Positions 13,150-26,185 of a stretch of 64,000 bases of DNA are shown here, in pieces. The DNA is from Mobula hypostoma (taxonomy: Eukaryota). A program made the position numbers and the translations under genes. The notes under the pieces are model-generated. The model did no database searches. It had not been told where the DNA came from and was given only the letters and a program-made list of their open reading frames with translations. Each line of letters opens with the position of its first letter. Position 1 is the first letter of the stretch. Location of the stretch: positions 92,196,001 through 92,260,000 of the forward strand of contig NC_086108.1 in assembly GCF_963921235.1 (NCBI RefSeq). Direction: 5' to 3'.

Positions 13150-13465
13150 AGGCACAGCGATGTAGCTTTTAGAGCTGCCTCTTTGTTGCTCCAGTGACCT
13201 CCATTCTATCTCTACAGAGTTTGCATGTTCTCCCTGTGATCAGGTGCTCTGGTTACCTCCCACATCTGGTAATCATGCAGGTTGCTAGTTAACTTACTAC
13301 TGTAAACTATTTCTGGTGTGGGTGGCTGGGTATGTTGTAGAATCTGGAGGAAAATCACTTGAATGTAGGGAGAATAGAATGGGTGAGTGCAGATGGTTTT
13401 TAATGCTCAGTATGAATTCAATGGGCTGAAGGGACTGTTTCTCTGCTGTATTATTCTGTGACTCT
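13150..13465 (+). mobile_element. HE1/V-SINE-like SINE with CR1-type tail
   Basis: gagtttgcatgttctccctgtga...gctctggttacctcccacat core, ending in gggctgaagggactgttt. Confidence 0.7.
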
Positions 13466-13740
13466 GTGAAACTGATTGGTGCACTTTTCAGATTCAAATT
13501 CAGTTACATTTTTAATTACCACATCTACATCAAAACATACAGTGAAATGCAAAATTTGCGTTAACAGTCAACACAATGTAAAGATGCGCAAGAGTCACCA
13601 CACATCTCAGGGCCAACTTGGCATGCCCACAATGCTCAGTGGAACAATACAAGAAGCAACAAAACAGCAATAGGAAAAGCCCTATTCCTCCCTTCCGCCC
13701 ACATACACAGTCCTTGAACCCCATTTGAGGCCAGCTACAG

Positions 13741-13970
13741 CCTCCAGTGGACTCATAGACCCACAGACATTGGGCTTTTGCTTCCAAGTGGACTTGTGGA
13801 TCCACAGACATTGGGCTTTGGCTCCCCCAGTGAACTCGCAGATTCACAGACGTTGGGCTTTGATTTCCCCCAGGAGTCTCGCAGATTCACAGAGTCAGGC
13901 TTCCACTTCTCCAGTGGACTCGCGGATACACGGACGTTGGGCTCTGACTTCCCCAGTGGACCGTGGACTT
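13741..13970. repeat. Minisatellite, about 42-bp unit x about 5.5, inside a dispersed repeat (about 13490-14100)
   Basis: Repeated ccagtggactcgcagattcacagacgttgggctttgact-like units; they explain the repetitive ORFs 13725-14071. Confidence 0.8.
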
Positions 13971-16123
13971 CGCTCCAGCCACCAGGCCTTTACCTCTGGA
14001 CTTCTGCCCGACCTTTAGGCATTGATCTTCAGTATCGACACCCGGACTCACTGATAATGGTGAAAGGATGAGGGCCCCAAACTCCAAACGCTCTGATGGC
14101 CAGGATCCCAAACACTAGGCCCTGAATGCTGGGCTGTCCAATGACGAGACCAATGTAAACGAAACTGGAACAAAAGGCGGTTTCTTTCTGTGCCTGGACA
14201 ATTCCAAAATTATTAATAACCAACAAAAAATATCCATCACAGAAATAAATAGTTTCTGTCTAAATTCTACACACAAGTTTCTACCCATCTTCATCTCAAC
14301 AAACATTGTAAACCTCCACTCTTTTCTACCTGAAGTTCATAGTTTCCCTTAACTACTCTACATAGCATCACATTCCAAATTCCACACATTCTCCAATTGC
14401 AAATGTAGGTATGTCTAACACTGTTACTCCTTAGTAGAAGCCTCTGTCAAGTCACTTTTTCTACCTTTTTCTTTTCTAGAGGAAAGAGCTCCAGCCTATT
14501 CAGCTTTTGTGAGAGTGCTAACCATTTAGTTCAGTCTATTTTATTTCATTATTCCTTCGTGGGCTTGACAGACAAATAGTCTCATATTTCAGAAAATCAG
14601 GATCATTTTATTTCAACGGCTTGCAAAATTCTAACTGTGAACTAGCCTCATTAAAAGTACCTGGAAAACAACAAACTGCTAACCCCTATATGAGCCCAGC
14701 GACCTTCCTCCCACTCTCTGACAGCATGCCAGGGAAAATCACCGTCAATCCTCATTATGATCAAAAGGGAAGGTCACGCTAATTAAGAACAAGCAGGGGA
14801 TTAAAGTGATCCTGTGAGGTCTAAGAAAAACAGAACAAAACAGAATAACTGTGCCTGCTGATTAAATAGGCTGCATGGGAGAAAACAGGTAAAATAGAAA
14901 TGTACATTTCCAATTGATCCTCATCATGCATTTTGATGAGAATTCCTGGTGTGCCTTCCCTAGTAATCTTGATAGACATTAATGAATAGGAACATGCTTT
15001 ACAAACACTACAATTTGATTTGCTTGTTTATTTTTTTTATTTACACAATTTTAATTTGTAAAGCGGTGTGAATTGCAAATTTATAATGAGGGTGTAAGAT
15101 TATGCTTATCCTGTACAAGTTAAGTCACTAAAGCAGAAAACACGTAACTTCTTCAACACTACTCTAGGTTAAGGTACTTAATTCAAAAATGAGCAATTTC
15201 ATTGTCTCAAATCACGATTTGTTGAATTAGTTCTAACAATGCTTCACATTGTGTCTTCTCTTTGAAAATAAAGTCCAGTCAATAGTATAGAGCTGTACAA
15301 TTCTAGCTTCAGGAAAAGCCCTGTGTAAAATTTCTATTCTTTGTTTTGGCATTAATTAGTAAATTAATTACAAAGACCGCCTATTGGTTAGCCTCAAAGG
15401 CTGCTCTTAGAAACCTACGTTCCTCCGCCCACACAAGGACCTTCCAGGCCCCAGCCCACCTCATTTCATTGAGGATTTGACTTTTGAATGGATGTGCTTG
15501 CTTTTATTACTCTAATAATCATTGCGAATATTTAGCCATGTCAATCCAGTTTTGCCTCTCATCTGGTTATAACATGTGGCTCTGAATGCACAGTTGAAAT
15601 AAGACCAGACATTCACCTTTTCTCTTTCATTATTCATGCACTCGCACTGTGAGAGCCCTTCTAAAGTAAGTAATTGGCAGTCAGGTTCTTGTGGACATCC
15701 TGTGGTCTGGAAGATGCTGTGCGAACACAGGCTGCCTTTGCTTCCTTTTGAATCATTTACTTTGGCAGCAGTGATTGGTAAGGACACTAGAAAGATTTCC
15801 CTCCTTTCCTTCAGTTAGTGCTGAGCTCAATGATACTCACCCCTAAACAGTCTGATTTCCTCGATCAGTTCCTAATTTGCAGCTGTTCCTCAGAAATGTA
15901 CCAGTGTAGCTCATCTCAATGTGAAATGTGTAAACTGAATACTAGATACCCTGAGGAGGTCTCTAGTATTCAATAAGGTCTCTATAAGGAGGAATTTTGT
16001 TAGCCAGAGGGTGGTGAACCTGTGGAATTCAATACCACAGACAACTGTGGAGGCCATGTCATTGAGTATATTTGAATTGAAGATTGATAGGTTCTTGATT
16101 AATGTCCTCCCTGTACTCCTCTC

Positions 16124-17289
16124 TGTTTCATTGGCTCCTTCTCATTGACTACAGCTCTGCCTTTAATACCATCATTCCAAATAAACTGATTCCTAAGCTC
16201 CAGAACCTGGGCCTTAGCACTCAGATCTGCAGCTGGATCTTCAACTTCCTCACAGACAGGACCCAGGCTGTAAAAATAGGGGACAAGCTCTCCTCTACAA
16301 TCACTCTGAGCACCGGAGCCCCTGCTGTACTCACTGTGCACCCATGATTGTGTAGCCAAGTTTCCATCAAACTCAATATATAAGTTTGCTGATGACACAA
16401 CAATTGTAGGCCGTATCTCGGGTAATGATGAGTTTGAGTACAGTGAGGAAATTAAGAACCTGGTGGCATGGTGCGAAGAACCTATCCCTCAAAGTCAGCA
16501 AGACGAAGGAATTGGTTGTTGACTTCAGAAAGAGTAGCAGACCGCACGACCCAATTTACATTGGTGGTGCACAAGTGGAACAGGTCAAAAGCTTTAAGTT
16601 CCTCAGGGTCAATATCACAAATGACCTGACTTGGTCCAACCAAGCACAGTCCACTGCCAAGAAGGTCTACCAGCACCTTTACTTCCTGAGAAAGCTAAAG
16701 AAATTTGGCCTGTCCCCTAAAACCCTCACTAATTTTTATAGATGCACCGTAAAAAGCATTCTTTTCGGGTGCATCACAACCTGGTATGGAAGTTGTCCTG
16801 TCCAAGACCGGAAGAAGTTGCAGAAGATCGTGAACACGGCACAGCACATCACACAAACCAATCTTCCGTCCTTGGACTCACTTTACACTGCACGCTATCG
16901 GAGCAGTGCTGCCAGGATAATCAAGGACACTACCCACTCAGCTAACACACTTTTCGTCCCTCTTCCCTCTGGGAGAAGGCTCAGGAGCTTGATGACTCGT
17001 ACGGCCAGATTTGGGAACAGCTTCTTTCCAACTGTGATAAGACTGCTGAACGGATCCTGACCCGGATCTGGGCCGTAACCTCCAAATATCCGGACCTGCA
17101 TCTCAGTTTTTTTGCACTACCTTACTTTCCATTTTTCTATTTTCTATTTATGATTTATAATTTAAATTTTTAATATTTACTATTGATTTGTAATCCAGGG
17201 AGCGAGAAGCGCAGAATCAAATATCACTGTGATGATTGTACGTTCTAGTATCAATTGTTTGGCGACAATAAAGTATAATGTATTCAAGT
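16124..17289 (+). mobile_element. Relatively young Rex1/Babar LINE, 5'-truncated, flanked by a 22-bp direct repeat
   Basis: [27 protein letters not shown] and SGRRLRSL...FGNSFFPTVIRLLN motifs; atgtcctccctgtactcctctc at 16102-16123 and 17290-17311. Confidence 0.92.
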
Positions 17290-18798
17290 ATGTCCTCCCT
17301 GTACTCCTCTCCATATGTCCTCCCTGTATGTCCTCTTCGTATGTCCTCCCCGTACTCCCACTGGGTTTTTTCCTGGTCCTCTGGTTTCCTCCCGCAGTCC
17401 GAAGATGTAGCGGGGAGGTTAACTGCTCATTGTAAATTGTCCCTTGATTAGGTTTGGGTTAAATCGGTGTTGTCAGGGCTCGCTAGGGTGGCATGGCTCG
17501 AAGGGCTGGTTGTCAAGCCAAGACAAGGTCATTGTCATTTAACTATATACATGTATATAGAAACGGAACAATGTTTCTCCAAACCAGGGTGTAAAGCACA
17601 GTGATACACATAACACACGTTACACATGATAACTTATGAAGATAAGGATAAAATTAACAGATGAATCATGCATAAATAACAAACTAAAGTGCATAAATTA
17701 AATGCTGTGAGGTATGGAACAGATTAACCAGTGATGCTTCGAACGCAGTGCAGCAGGGAGTTCAGAAGCCTTATGGCCAGAGGGAAGACTCCATTTCTCC
17801 ACTACTCTGCACTGTATCGCTAAGTAAATAAATGAGATTGAGAGGGACAGTGGATCAGACACAACGGAATGGTGGCACAGATTCAAAGGGCCGAATGGCC
17901 TAATTATGCTCCTATGTTTTATGGTTTTATGACCTTACATATTACAATGTTGGGCTCACCAAACGATAGGAGAAGATAACACAATTTTTGGCTCATCTAC
18001 TTTCTTATCACTTATATGACAAGAGTCAAAAGCAATCCCCAGATACCAATGCAAATCACTAACCACTCACCCACAGCAACAAATTCAAGTAAATGACCTG
18101 CCTGTCCCTATGTTTTTTTTAGCAAATTTATCTCAGAACTTGAACAAGCATAATTAAAAACAATTTACTAGACTTCATGGCTTGACACCTGGCTCATTTG
18201 ATATCCCTCACCTGCAACTAAAAATATCTTCTGCAACATTATAGGCAGTAATTTGCCATTTTGTTAATGTCTTTCCACATCCTTTTAATGATAATAAAGC
18301 AGCTTCTCAAACTGAGTTATGTCACAGTCAGACCTCGGCTAAATGAAGCAGAAAATAAACTGCTGGTGGAACTCAGTGGGCCAAACGGCAGCTGTTGAGG
18401 GAAAGGGATGGTCGATGTTTCAGGTCAGAACCCTGCGTCGTCCTGAAACAGTTTGTTTGTTGCTCCAGGTTACAGCACCTGAGGTCTCTTATGCCTCAGC
18501 TAAATTAATGTATTTGTTTCTTGTCAACACAAGTAACCCATGGTCACAAATATGAAGGAAACAATTAGTGAAGAACCCCTAAATATAGACCTGCTTAGCA
18601 TAAATCTCAGTCTAATATTGCATCTACCTCCTGCGCCTGAAAGACATTTTTGAAAGAACACCAACCTCCGAGACAGAGTGTGGAGCGTGTTAATTCATCT
18701 CTTCTTCCTAACTGTATTCTCCATGCTTCAGATCACTGTCAAATTGAAATGTTGATGTTATATGTAGATTGATCTCTTCTATGATTTATCTTTTTAAG

Positions 18799-18876
18799 AT
18801 GAAGTCAGAACAAGTCGAGAATCTGGAAACAAAAATAACCAAAGCTATTGCAGAAATTAATCTGACAATGAAAAAT
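18799..18876 (+). other. Weak candidate 78-nt coding exon (MKSEQVENLETKITKAIAEINLTMKN)
   Basis: Acceptor ttatctttttaag|, weak donor |gtataa, and a heptad-like peptide; no partner exon identified. Confidence 0.2.
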
Positions 18877-19867
18877 GTATAAGTTATGCAAGGTCTTGTC
18901 ACTGGCACATAAATCATTTCATATCATAGTTTGTTTTTTTATATTGCTTTGTACTGGAAAGCAGTGACATTAAGGGTGAAAGGGTTTCAATTACCTGCAA
19001 TAAAAATATTTCTCTGGAGATGCCCATTTTTAATTGAGTACTAAATACCAGCCTTTTTAACAGAATTAAAATGGTGCAAACCAACTAGGTGTGCATTTAT
19101 AGGACATCATTAACATCAGTGCAAAGCCAGTTTGACTTCACATTAATTGCCTTATAGTAATGTAGTTTCAATTAGATGTGTTATTATAAAGAAGGGATAA
19201 ATACCCTCCAATAGTAAGTCTTTTTCCAATTCACTTTGGAGGTGGATTCAACTGCACTAAACTATCATCAAGGGAAAATAAAACTGGCTTTCAGTCATGT
19301 ATAATTTAGTCTAAACAAGCTCTAATCTGTGAGGGGAGGTCAAATAGGTTTTGCTTGTTGAGGGCCTGTGTGAGTTTTAAATTCCATATTGAATTGAATG
19401 GTCCAAGTTGCCGAGGTATTAAGTGTGAACAAAATGGATTCAGAATGACTTGAGTGCCTGCCTATCATTGGTATCAACCTCTACTTTACTTGTCATCAAC
19501 CCTATTCATTTGACATTTACTGTACTTTACTGATAGCCTGAGGTCAAACAACAGTTTAGCCCTAGGATATCTGGTTTGGAATTTCTAAGATGAGCTAAAC
19601 GTTCTCTGACAGTATCAGAAAGGTGTCAATCAAATTACCTCATTCTAAATCTATAACAGCAAAATATAGCGAATCTAACTGGTGAGTGCTTACAGTCAAA
19701 ATACATAATTGCAACTGCATCATAGTAAAAAGTGTTTAAAGCAATACCCAAATAAAATTAAAATAACCTATCACCCAAATTCGGTGCTTTGATCAACACT
19801 GAGGCTTACCGATGTGAACACAATACTGTCTTATAGATTGACAAGATCCTATCTTCCTGAAACTTAC

Positions 19868-19904
19868 TGTGGCTGAATAATTGGTACAGTTGTTTCTCAT
19901 TGCC
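19868..19904 (-). other. Candidate 37-nt spliced exon
   Basis: Acceptor atttgtgttttgtcag| and donor |gtaagt. Confidence 0.45.
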
Positions 19905-19929
19905 CTGACAAAACACAAATATAGGAAAT

Positions 19930-20207
19930 CCAGTCTAGTGGTGAGCACAACGCTTTACCGTTCAGTGACCGGGGTTCAATTCCTGCTACTGCCCGTTAAG
20001 AGTTTGTAGGTTCTCCCTGTGACCATGTGGGTTTCCTCCAGGTGCTCTGGGTTCCTCCCACAGTCCAAAGACATACCGGTTGGTTGGTTAATTGGTCACT
20101 GTAAACTGTCCCGTGATTAGGCAAGGATTAAATTGGGGGTTTGTTGGGCAGCGAATCTCGAAGAGCTAGGAGGGCCTATTCCACGCAGTATCCCAATAAA
20201 TAAATAA
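19930..20207 (+). mobile_element. HE1/V-SINE-like tRNA SINE
   Basis: B box ggttcaattcc, core ggtgctctgggttcctcccacagtccaaagac, and an (aaat)n tail. Confidence 0.85.
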
Positions 20208-20689
20208 GTTTTATAAATGGCTGTGCACAGCAACATAACAAGATCAATTTAACCCTTCAGCTTTGCACTAGAAGTGAAAAGAGGCTGATATTCAGCCCCA
20301 CCCTCCACACTAATGAGTGACAATGCACAATCACAAGAGGCCTCAAGACCTTGGGTGTGAACGTTAATGCTCGTAATTTAGTATAGTCCTTATCCCAAAA
20401 TGATAGTAAAGTTAGAGCCTCCACACACTCATCAATGGCAGCCCAGAGGACGAGGGTTCTTCCATCTCGGATCACAGCAGAGCTAGTCATGGCTAATAAA
20501 ACTAGCTCTATTACTTTGCCACTACAGACACAGGTGATAACACCATATGAATTATATTCTCCTGCAAATCACACCAGTGGCTTTTAATTCCTCACCCTGA
20601 GGGGCCAATGTGACCAAAACACTTTCAGTCACAGGCAGTAAAATCAGAGGGATCTCTCACTCCTTCCAACTTATAATGAAATAGAAATA

Positions 20690-21118
20690 GAAGTTCCAGT
20701 AATTTGTCTTCTCTCCCCCTTCCCTCTTGTATTCCCTTTTATGGCTCCCCTCTGCCCCATCTCTTCTCCTCCCCTGCTTAGTGCCTCCCTCTAGTGCCCC
20801 TCCTCCTCCCGTTTCTCCTATGGTCCTGTCTCTTATCCTATCAGATTCCTTCTTTTTCAGCTCCTTACCTTTTCCAGCTATCACCTCCCAACCTCTTCTT
20901 TCATCACCCTTCCCCTACCCACCTGCCTCTGTACTCATCTTGCTTCACCTATCATCTTCTAGCTTCTACTCCTTTCCCTCCCCCTACCTTCTTCCCCCTT
21001 CCTTCCAGTCCCGATGAAAGGTCTTGGCCCAAAACATTGACTATACCTTTCTATGGACGCTGCCTCTCCTGCTGAGTGCCTCCAGCATTTTGTTGTTTCC
21101 AGCATCTGCAGAATCTCT
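20690..21118 (+). mobile_element. Penelope-like element, 3' fragment
   Basis: Pyrimidine-rich 3' region then agtcccgatgaaaggtcttggcccaaaacattgact terminal repeat. Confidence 0.8.
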
Positions 21119-21361
21119 AGTGCTAATGAAATAGAAAGCCTTCAATGGATCACAGTGGGGTGTCTGAGGTCTATATGTACTTCTATTCCCAACCTGTGTA
21201 CTTTAAACAGTAAGTTTGAAAATAGGCCACTATTTTTTTCGTTAATAAGGAAGCTAATTTCATCTGAAATATAATTAGAATCATTACACCTTATAATGCC
21301 AGTAAAATGAATTTAAAAAGATTGATATTTATGCTAATGGGAAGTACATAATATTATATCG

Positions 21362-21720
21362 CCATCATTGTGTTGTATGACATAGACGATCATGGTTATG
21401 ACCATGATTGTTCAAAGCTAATTTTTTCTACAGAAGTGGTTTGCGATTGCCTTCTGGGCAGTGTCTTTATAAGACAGGAGACCCCAGCCATTATCAATTC
21501 TCTTCAGGGATTGCCTGCCTGGCGTCAGTGGTCGTGTAGCCAGGACTTGTGATATGCACCATCTGCTCATACGGCCAGCCACCACCTGCTCCCATGGCTT
21601 CACGTGACCCTGATCAGGAGGGTGGGGGCAGGGGGCTAAACCCAAGGGTGACCTGCAGGCTAGTAGAGGGAAGGAGCTCCTCACACCTCCTTTGGTAGAG
21701 AGATATCTCCACCCCACCAT
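21362..21720 (-). mobile_element. Non-autonomous RTE-derived element
   Basis: Minus strand has gaaggcaatcgcaaaccacttctg, resembling the RTE/BovB-derived conserved box, followed by a short RTE-like tail; no coding capacity. Confidence 0.6.
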
Positions 21721-21809
21721 CCTACCACAGAACTACAGTTTGTTAAATAAGTCTACTTATAATATTTCAAACTATACCCACACCGAGATTCTGGGGTATC
21801 ATTTTTTTA

Positions 21810-22045
21810 TTTTACGGATACAGCACAGTAACAGGCCTTACTGGCCCAATGAGCCCACACTGCCCAATATCACCCCTGTGACGATCAACTTACTAGCCTG
21901 TACATCTTTGAAATGTGGGAGGAGCCTGAAGGAAACCCACGCAGTCAATGGGAGAACATACAAACTCCTTACAGACAACAGTGGGAATTGAACCTGGGTC
22001 TCTGATATAATAATGTTACGGTAACCTCTATGTTACCATGCTGCC
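21810..22045 (-). mobile_element. HE1/V-SINE-like SINE
   Basis: Reverse complement of the core (ggaaacccacgcagtca...caaactccttacagaca...gggaattgaacctggg). Confidence 0.8.
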
Positions 22046-22612
22046 CAGCTCTTTTGCCTTTGTTTCAAGGCTCCCTACCCGTCCCTCCCTCCCTCCCACC
22101 AATTCTATTTTCTTATTGTTGGTGAATTTGTTGCTCAGAATGCCAGTAACCATGGTGCCAGCCCGCTCTGGTCCCTCGGCGCCTCTGCAACCATATGTTC
22201 ACTGTGTATGTATTCAGTCCACAATTCTCTTGTGTCTTCCCCTCCACATCCCCCCCCCAAGCCATTGCTGCCATGTTTGCAATCCTCCCCATCCTCAACA
22301 ACCCCCCCCCCGGCTCCCTCTCTCTTTCTCCCTTCCCTCCAACCACATTGCCCCCACCCGCCATCCCCACCAGCCCTCCCCTGCCCATCCACTCTCCCTC
22401 CTGTCTCCTGCACTGGTGGTGCACATTCACCGTCTGCGCGCTCCTCTGCAGGCTGCCCTAACATCCAGAACGACGTCATCTTTTCCAGAATGTGGCCAAG
22501 CAAGAAGAAGATTATGAAATCATATGTCAGAGTAAAGATGGAAATTCACTGATACTGAATTTTGGCAGAACACTGCACCATATGGTTCACAGTGCTTGGC
22601 AGGGATACTTAC

Positions 22613-22709
22613 TGATAAGCACTGACATTCTCTTTTAAACTTGCCGAAGTACAGCAACAGATTAAAGTATAAAATTATATTAGTTGCTGTTATCCAAGTG
22701 ACAGCAGCA
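22613..22709 (-). other. Candidate 97-nt spliced exon
   Basis: Acceptor tttggtcctgtgtatttcag| and donor |gtaagt; one open frame, AAVTWITATNIILYFNLLLYFGKFKRECQCLS. Confidence 0.4.
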
Positions 22710-24278
22710 CTGAAATACACAGGACCAAACTGAAGTGATGGAGATTAAGGTAAACGTGTCTATTAAGAAAAATGGACCTCATCCAGATTGGCATGCAGCC
22801 ACACAAGCTCCCACTCAGCACATCCAATAAGCAGCTATCAACAATGGTTAGTGGCTCATGTATTCTACTGGAATGGAAATAGTGGTGAAATGGGTCCAAC
22901 ACAAGATTAAAATGTGTCAAATTTAACTGGTTTTTAATCGCGATGGGGAGAAATACAGACATCTAAATATAAATGTGCACTAACAGCAGATGGATACCTG
23001 AATCTCTGCTTCCTTCACCAATGACAGAGTATAATGGCAAATTGATATTAATCTCTGTCTGTTTTCTCTGCACCTGGATTAGCTAAACTGGTTCTGTGTG
23101 CATATAATTTTTCATGAGCTGTGACTAACCTAAAATAATTATGCATTTTTGTAACTACATATAATGACTTAATACTTTCCCAAGTCATCACCTTCAAGAA
23201 CCAAAACTCTGCTTTATTTCGAAGAGAAGAACAGACTTTTTAAAAACGTCCCTGTCTTCGAAGTGTGGCTTTAACCAAATATAATACCCCAAGATTTATA
23301 TTTTAAAAAGCAAACATGAGGTGGGGTTTTGGGGTTCCAACATTTTCTGTCATTCACTCTTTAGGGTTTTTCCTGTTTTGTGGATGTCTGCGAAGAGTAA
23401 GAATTTCAGGTTGTATTCTGTATACATTCTCTGATATTAAATTGAACCATTGAATCATTGAAATATAATGGCCCACGAGTAAATCAGCCGACCATCTCTT
23501 AAGGTCTTAGATATGCGCTTGATCAGTAAGCATGTCAAAGGTTACAGAGAGGAAGAGGAGAATGGGCTTGAATGGGAAAACAAATCAACCATGATTGAAT
23601 GGTGGAGTAGACCCAATGGGCTGAATGGCCTACTTCTGCTCCTATGTCTTATGGTTTTGCCTCTCAAAGTCCAATACTACGTCCCTGTTTTGAGAGGTGG
23701 AACTGGGTAAGGCCTGCAAAGAGGGGTCTGATGAACCTGTATTGACCAATCCCCTGTACAGTGGAGTCAACAGGTTGCAGAAGCATTGATGAACTCCAAC
23801 CATACCATCGACTTAAGAGAGCGATGGGAACAGCAGGTCATTGATGGCTTATCCTGCACTTAGGAGCTAAGGGCCCAAGTAAGTACGTAAGTCTTATGGT
23901 AATGGATTAAAGTCGGCAGTCATTTCTGAAGTGTGCTCATGTGCAGTTAAATAAGTTCAGAAGTGATCTTTCCTCCACTTTCTTATGCATTGTTACACTC
24001 ACTTCTCCAATATAATAATCAAATTCACTTACTTACAATGTATTCCTGCTGTTACAAACACTAAAAATGTTGCGCCTTGTTGAATGAACTGAAATTTTAA
24101 TGACATGCTGATCCGGAATTGCCACCTAACTGCTATTCTGTCAAATGAATCTCAGGGCAGTACATGGTGACATATATGGACATTAATAATAAATTTACTT
24201 TGAACTTGAACTTTGGCCCTAAAGTTCAATATGTGTGGATTGTCTTCCTCTAAAACAATTATTTCCAAAATTATGTAT

Positions 24279-24941
24279 TTAGATTAGATTAGATTATGAG
24301 GACAAGCAGCCCTCTTTTATTGTCATTTAGTAATGCATGCAATAAGAAATGATACAATGTTCCTCCAGTGTGATATCACAGAAACACAAGACAGACCAAG
24401 ACTGAAAAACTGACAAAAACCACATAATTATAACATATAGTTACAACAGTGCAAACAATACCGTAATTTGATGAAGAACAGACCATGGGCGTGGTAAAAA
24501 AAAGTTTTAAAAAAGTCTCAAAATCTCTCAATAGCCCCATCACCTCACGCAGACGGTAGAAGGAAGAAAACTCTCCCTGCCATGAGCTTCCAGCGCCGCA
24601 AACTTGCTGATGCAGCATCCCGGAAGCACCCGACCACAGTCCGACTTTGAGACTGTCCGAAAACTTCAAGCCTCCGACCAGCCCTCCGACACCGAGCACC
24701 ATCTCTGCCAAGCGCTTCGACCCCAGCCCCGGCTGCCAGCAACAGGCAAAGCCGAGGATTTGGGGCCTTCCCCTCCGGAGATTCTCAATCGCACAGTAGC
24801 AGCAGCAGCGAACTGGGCATTTCAGAAGTTTCTCCAGATGTTCCTCTGTGCTTCTCACGTCTGTCTCCATCAAATCAGGATTGTTCACAGCCCCTATTTA
24901 ACAAATACGATATCATTCACCAGAGAGGCCGCGCACGCTGC
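24279..24941 (-). mobile_element. About 650-bp non-autonomous retroelement family, copy 1
   Basis: Collinear with 42978-43662 and 56828-57454; AATAAA plus (TCTAA)n tail on the minus strand; CpG-rich 5' end. Confidence 0.85.
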
Positions 24942-25759
24942 CTCATAAATTCTTCTCATAAATTTGTAAGTTTATGACATTTCAATTCTACTTTAATCAC
25001 ACATGTACAGTACATTCGAATTTTAATCTTGCTGTCTGTAGATATTTAGAAAAGGTGTTAAGCTTTGTGTCATAGAATCTTAGCACCAGAACAACTAGCC
25101 TGCGCTGACCACAGCAACCAGCCTGCTAGCCCAGTTGCCCACGTTCAGCCCATAACCCTCTAAGACCCTCCTCTCCATGTACCTATCCAAATGCCTCTTA
25201 AATACTGTGATGTACCTGCCTCCACACACTTCTCACTGCCCTCTGTGTAAAGAAGTTACCTCTCAGTTCTCTTTTAAATCTTTCCCTTCTTATTTTGAGT
25301 CTGTGCCCTTTAATTTTAGATTTCCCAGCCCTGGGGAAAGGACAATGATCATCCACTTGCTTTTAGCTTCTGGTTTTGCTGTAAGGAAATCCCATGATAC
25401 CTCTAGTTTCTGAGCCTACTTGACGATATCACACCTGCAGGATGTCAGAAGTCCCATCTGGTTTCAGGAAAAGGAGAAGCCAGGCTGCAGAATGCGTTAG
25501 ACCTTTGTGGTCAGCTTTCTTCAAGGTCAATGACAAGCACTGGTAATTTGTCACTGACTGGAGAAACTGACCCAAAGCATTTACACTATGCAGTACCTCA
25601 AAAGGACGAGACTCTATATTAACTTGTGACCGGTAGCATCTTAATCAATCTCTGTTCTGCCACTGCTAAGCATTACAAGGCAATGTTGGAATCTGCTTGT
25701 GGTTCACAGATTTTTCAAAGGTAAAAACTTTCAGTAAATAAAGGTAAGTAGTAATGACT

Positions 25760-26185
25760 TAGTCTGGTGAGGAGGGTGTGAGGACACCCAGCACGACTGA
25801 AAAAACAACAAGACCTGACAAAGGGCGGATGAGTTCCTTGTGAGCCAACGGCCATCTTCTGTGGAAGAGATTAAAGCCTCACCACGTATCTACGAGTATT
25901 ATGCTATGCACTTAGTTAGAAGAGACATGATGAACTTGGGTGCTGCCCCGTGTGCCTGGTCCTGCCCAGCTAGGGAAGGGTAGAGCTCGAAGAGGCGGCC
26001 GCGGCTGGAGGCCGACACGGCCTCGGGCTCGAGTTCGGCGGGGGCAGCGGCGGGCGGTGCCAAGGTGGCCAGCGAGAACAAACTGGAGGAGAGGCTGCAC
26101 TCAGTGCTGTCGCAAGACAGAAGAAGATGGAGGTGCATAGCCGTCAACCCCAAATTCGGGATGGCACCCACTGACAGACTGACTG
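25760..26185 (+). mobile_element. Non-autonomous RTE-type element with a captured GC-rich insert
   Basis: 10-bp TSD agtaatgact (25750-25759 and 26186-26195), (GACT)n-like tail, and a 3' end encoding QDRRRWRCIAVNP, similar to an RTE C-terminus. Confidence 0.8.
25984..26110 (+). pseudogene. ZFTRAF1: Captured fragment resembling ZFTRAF1/CYHR1 first coding exon
   Basis: Translates SSKRRPRLEADTASGSSSAGAAAGGAKVASENKLEERLHSVL. From memory, vertebrate CYHR1 has KKRLR-(Ala-rich)-GKLEERLYSVLCC. Not database-verified. Confidence 0.65.

Noticed and set aside
13741..13970. CRISPR-like array
   Set aside because: Units are contiguous and degenerate with no unique spacers, in a vertebrate context.
17597..17640. 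CACAGTG as a V(D)J recombination signal heptamer
   Set aside because: No nonamer at 12- or 23-bp spacing; it sits in a LINE tail and no Ig/TCR segments are visible.
22038..22552. Cluster of overlapping Pro/Gly-rich ORFs
   Set aside because: Low-complexity C-rich DNA lacks stop codons; no coding evidence.
24376..24888. 170-aa ORF as a host gene
   Set aside because: It lies within a three-copy repeat and the frame is not conserved between copies.
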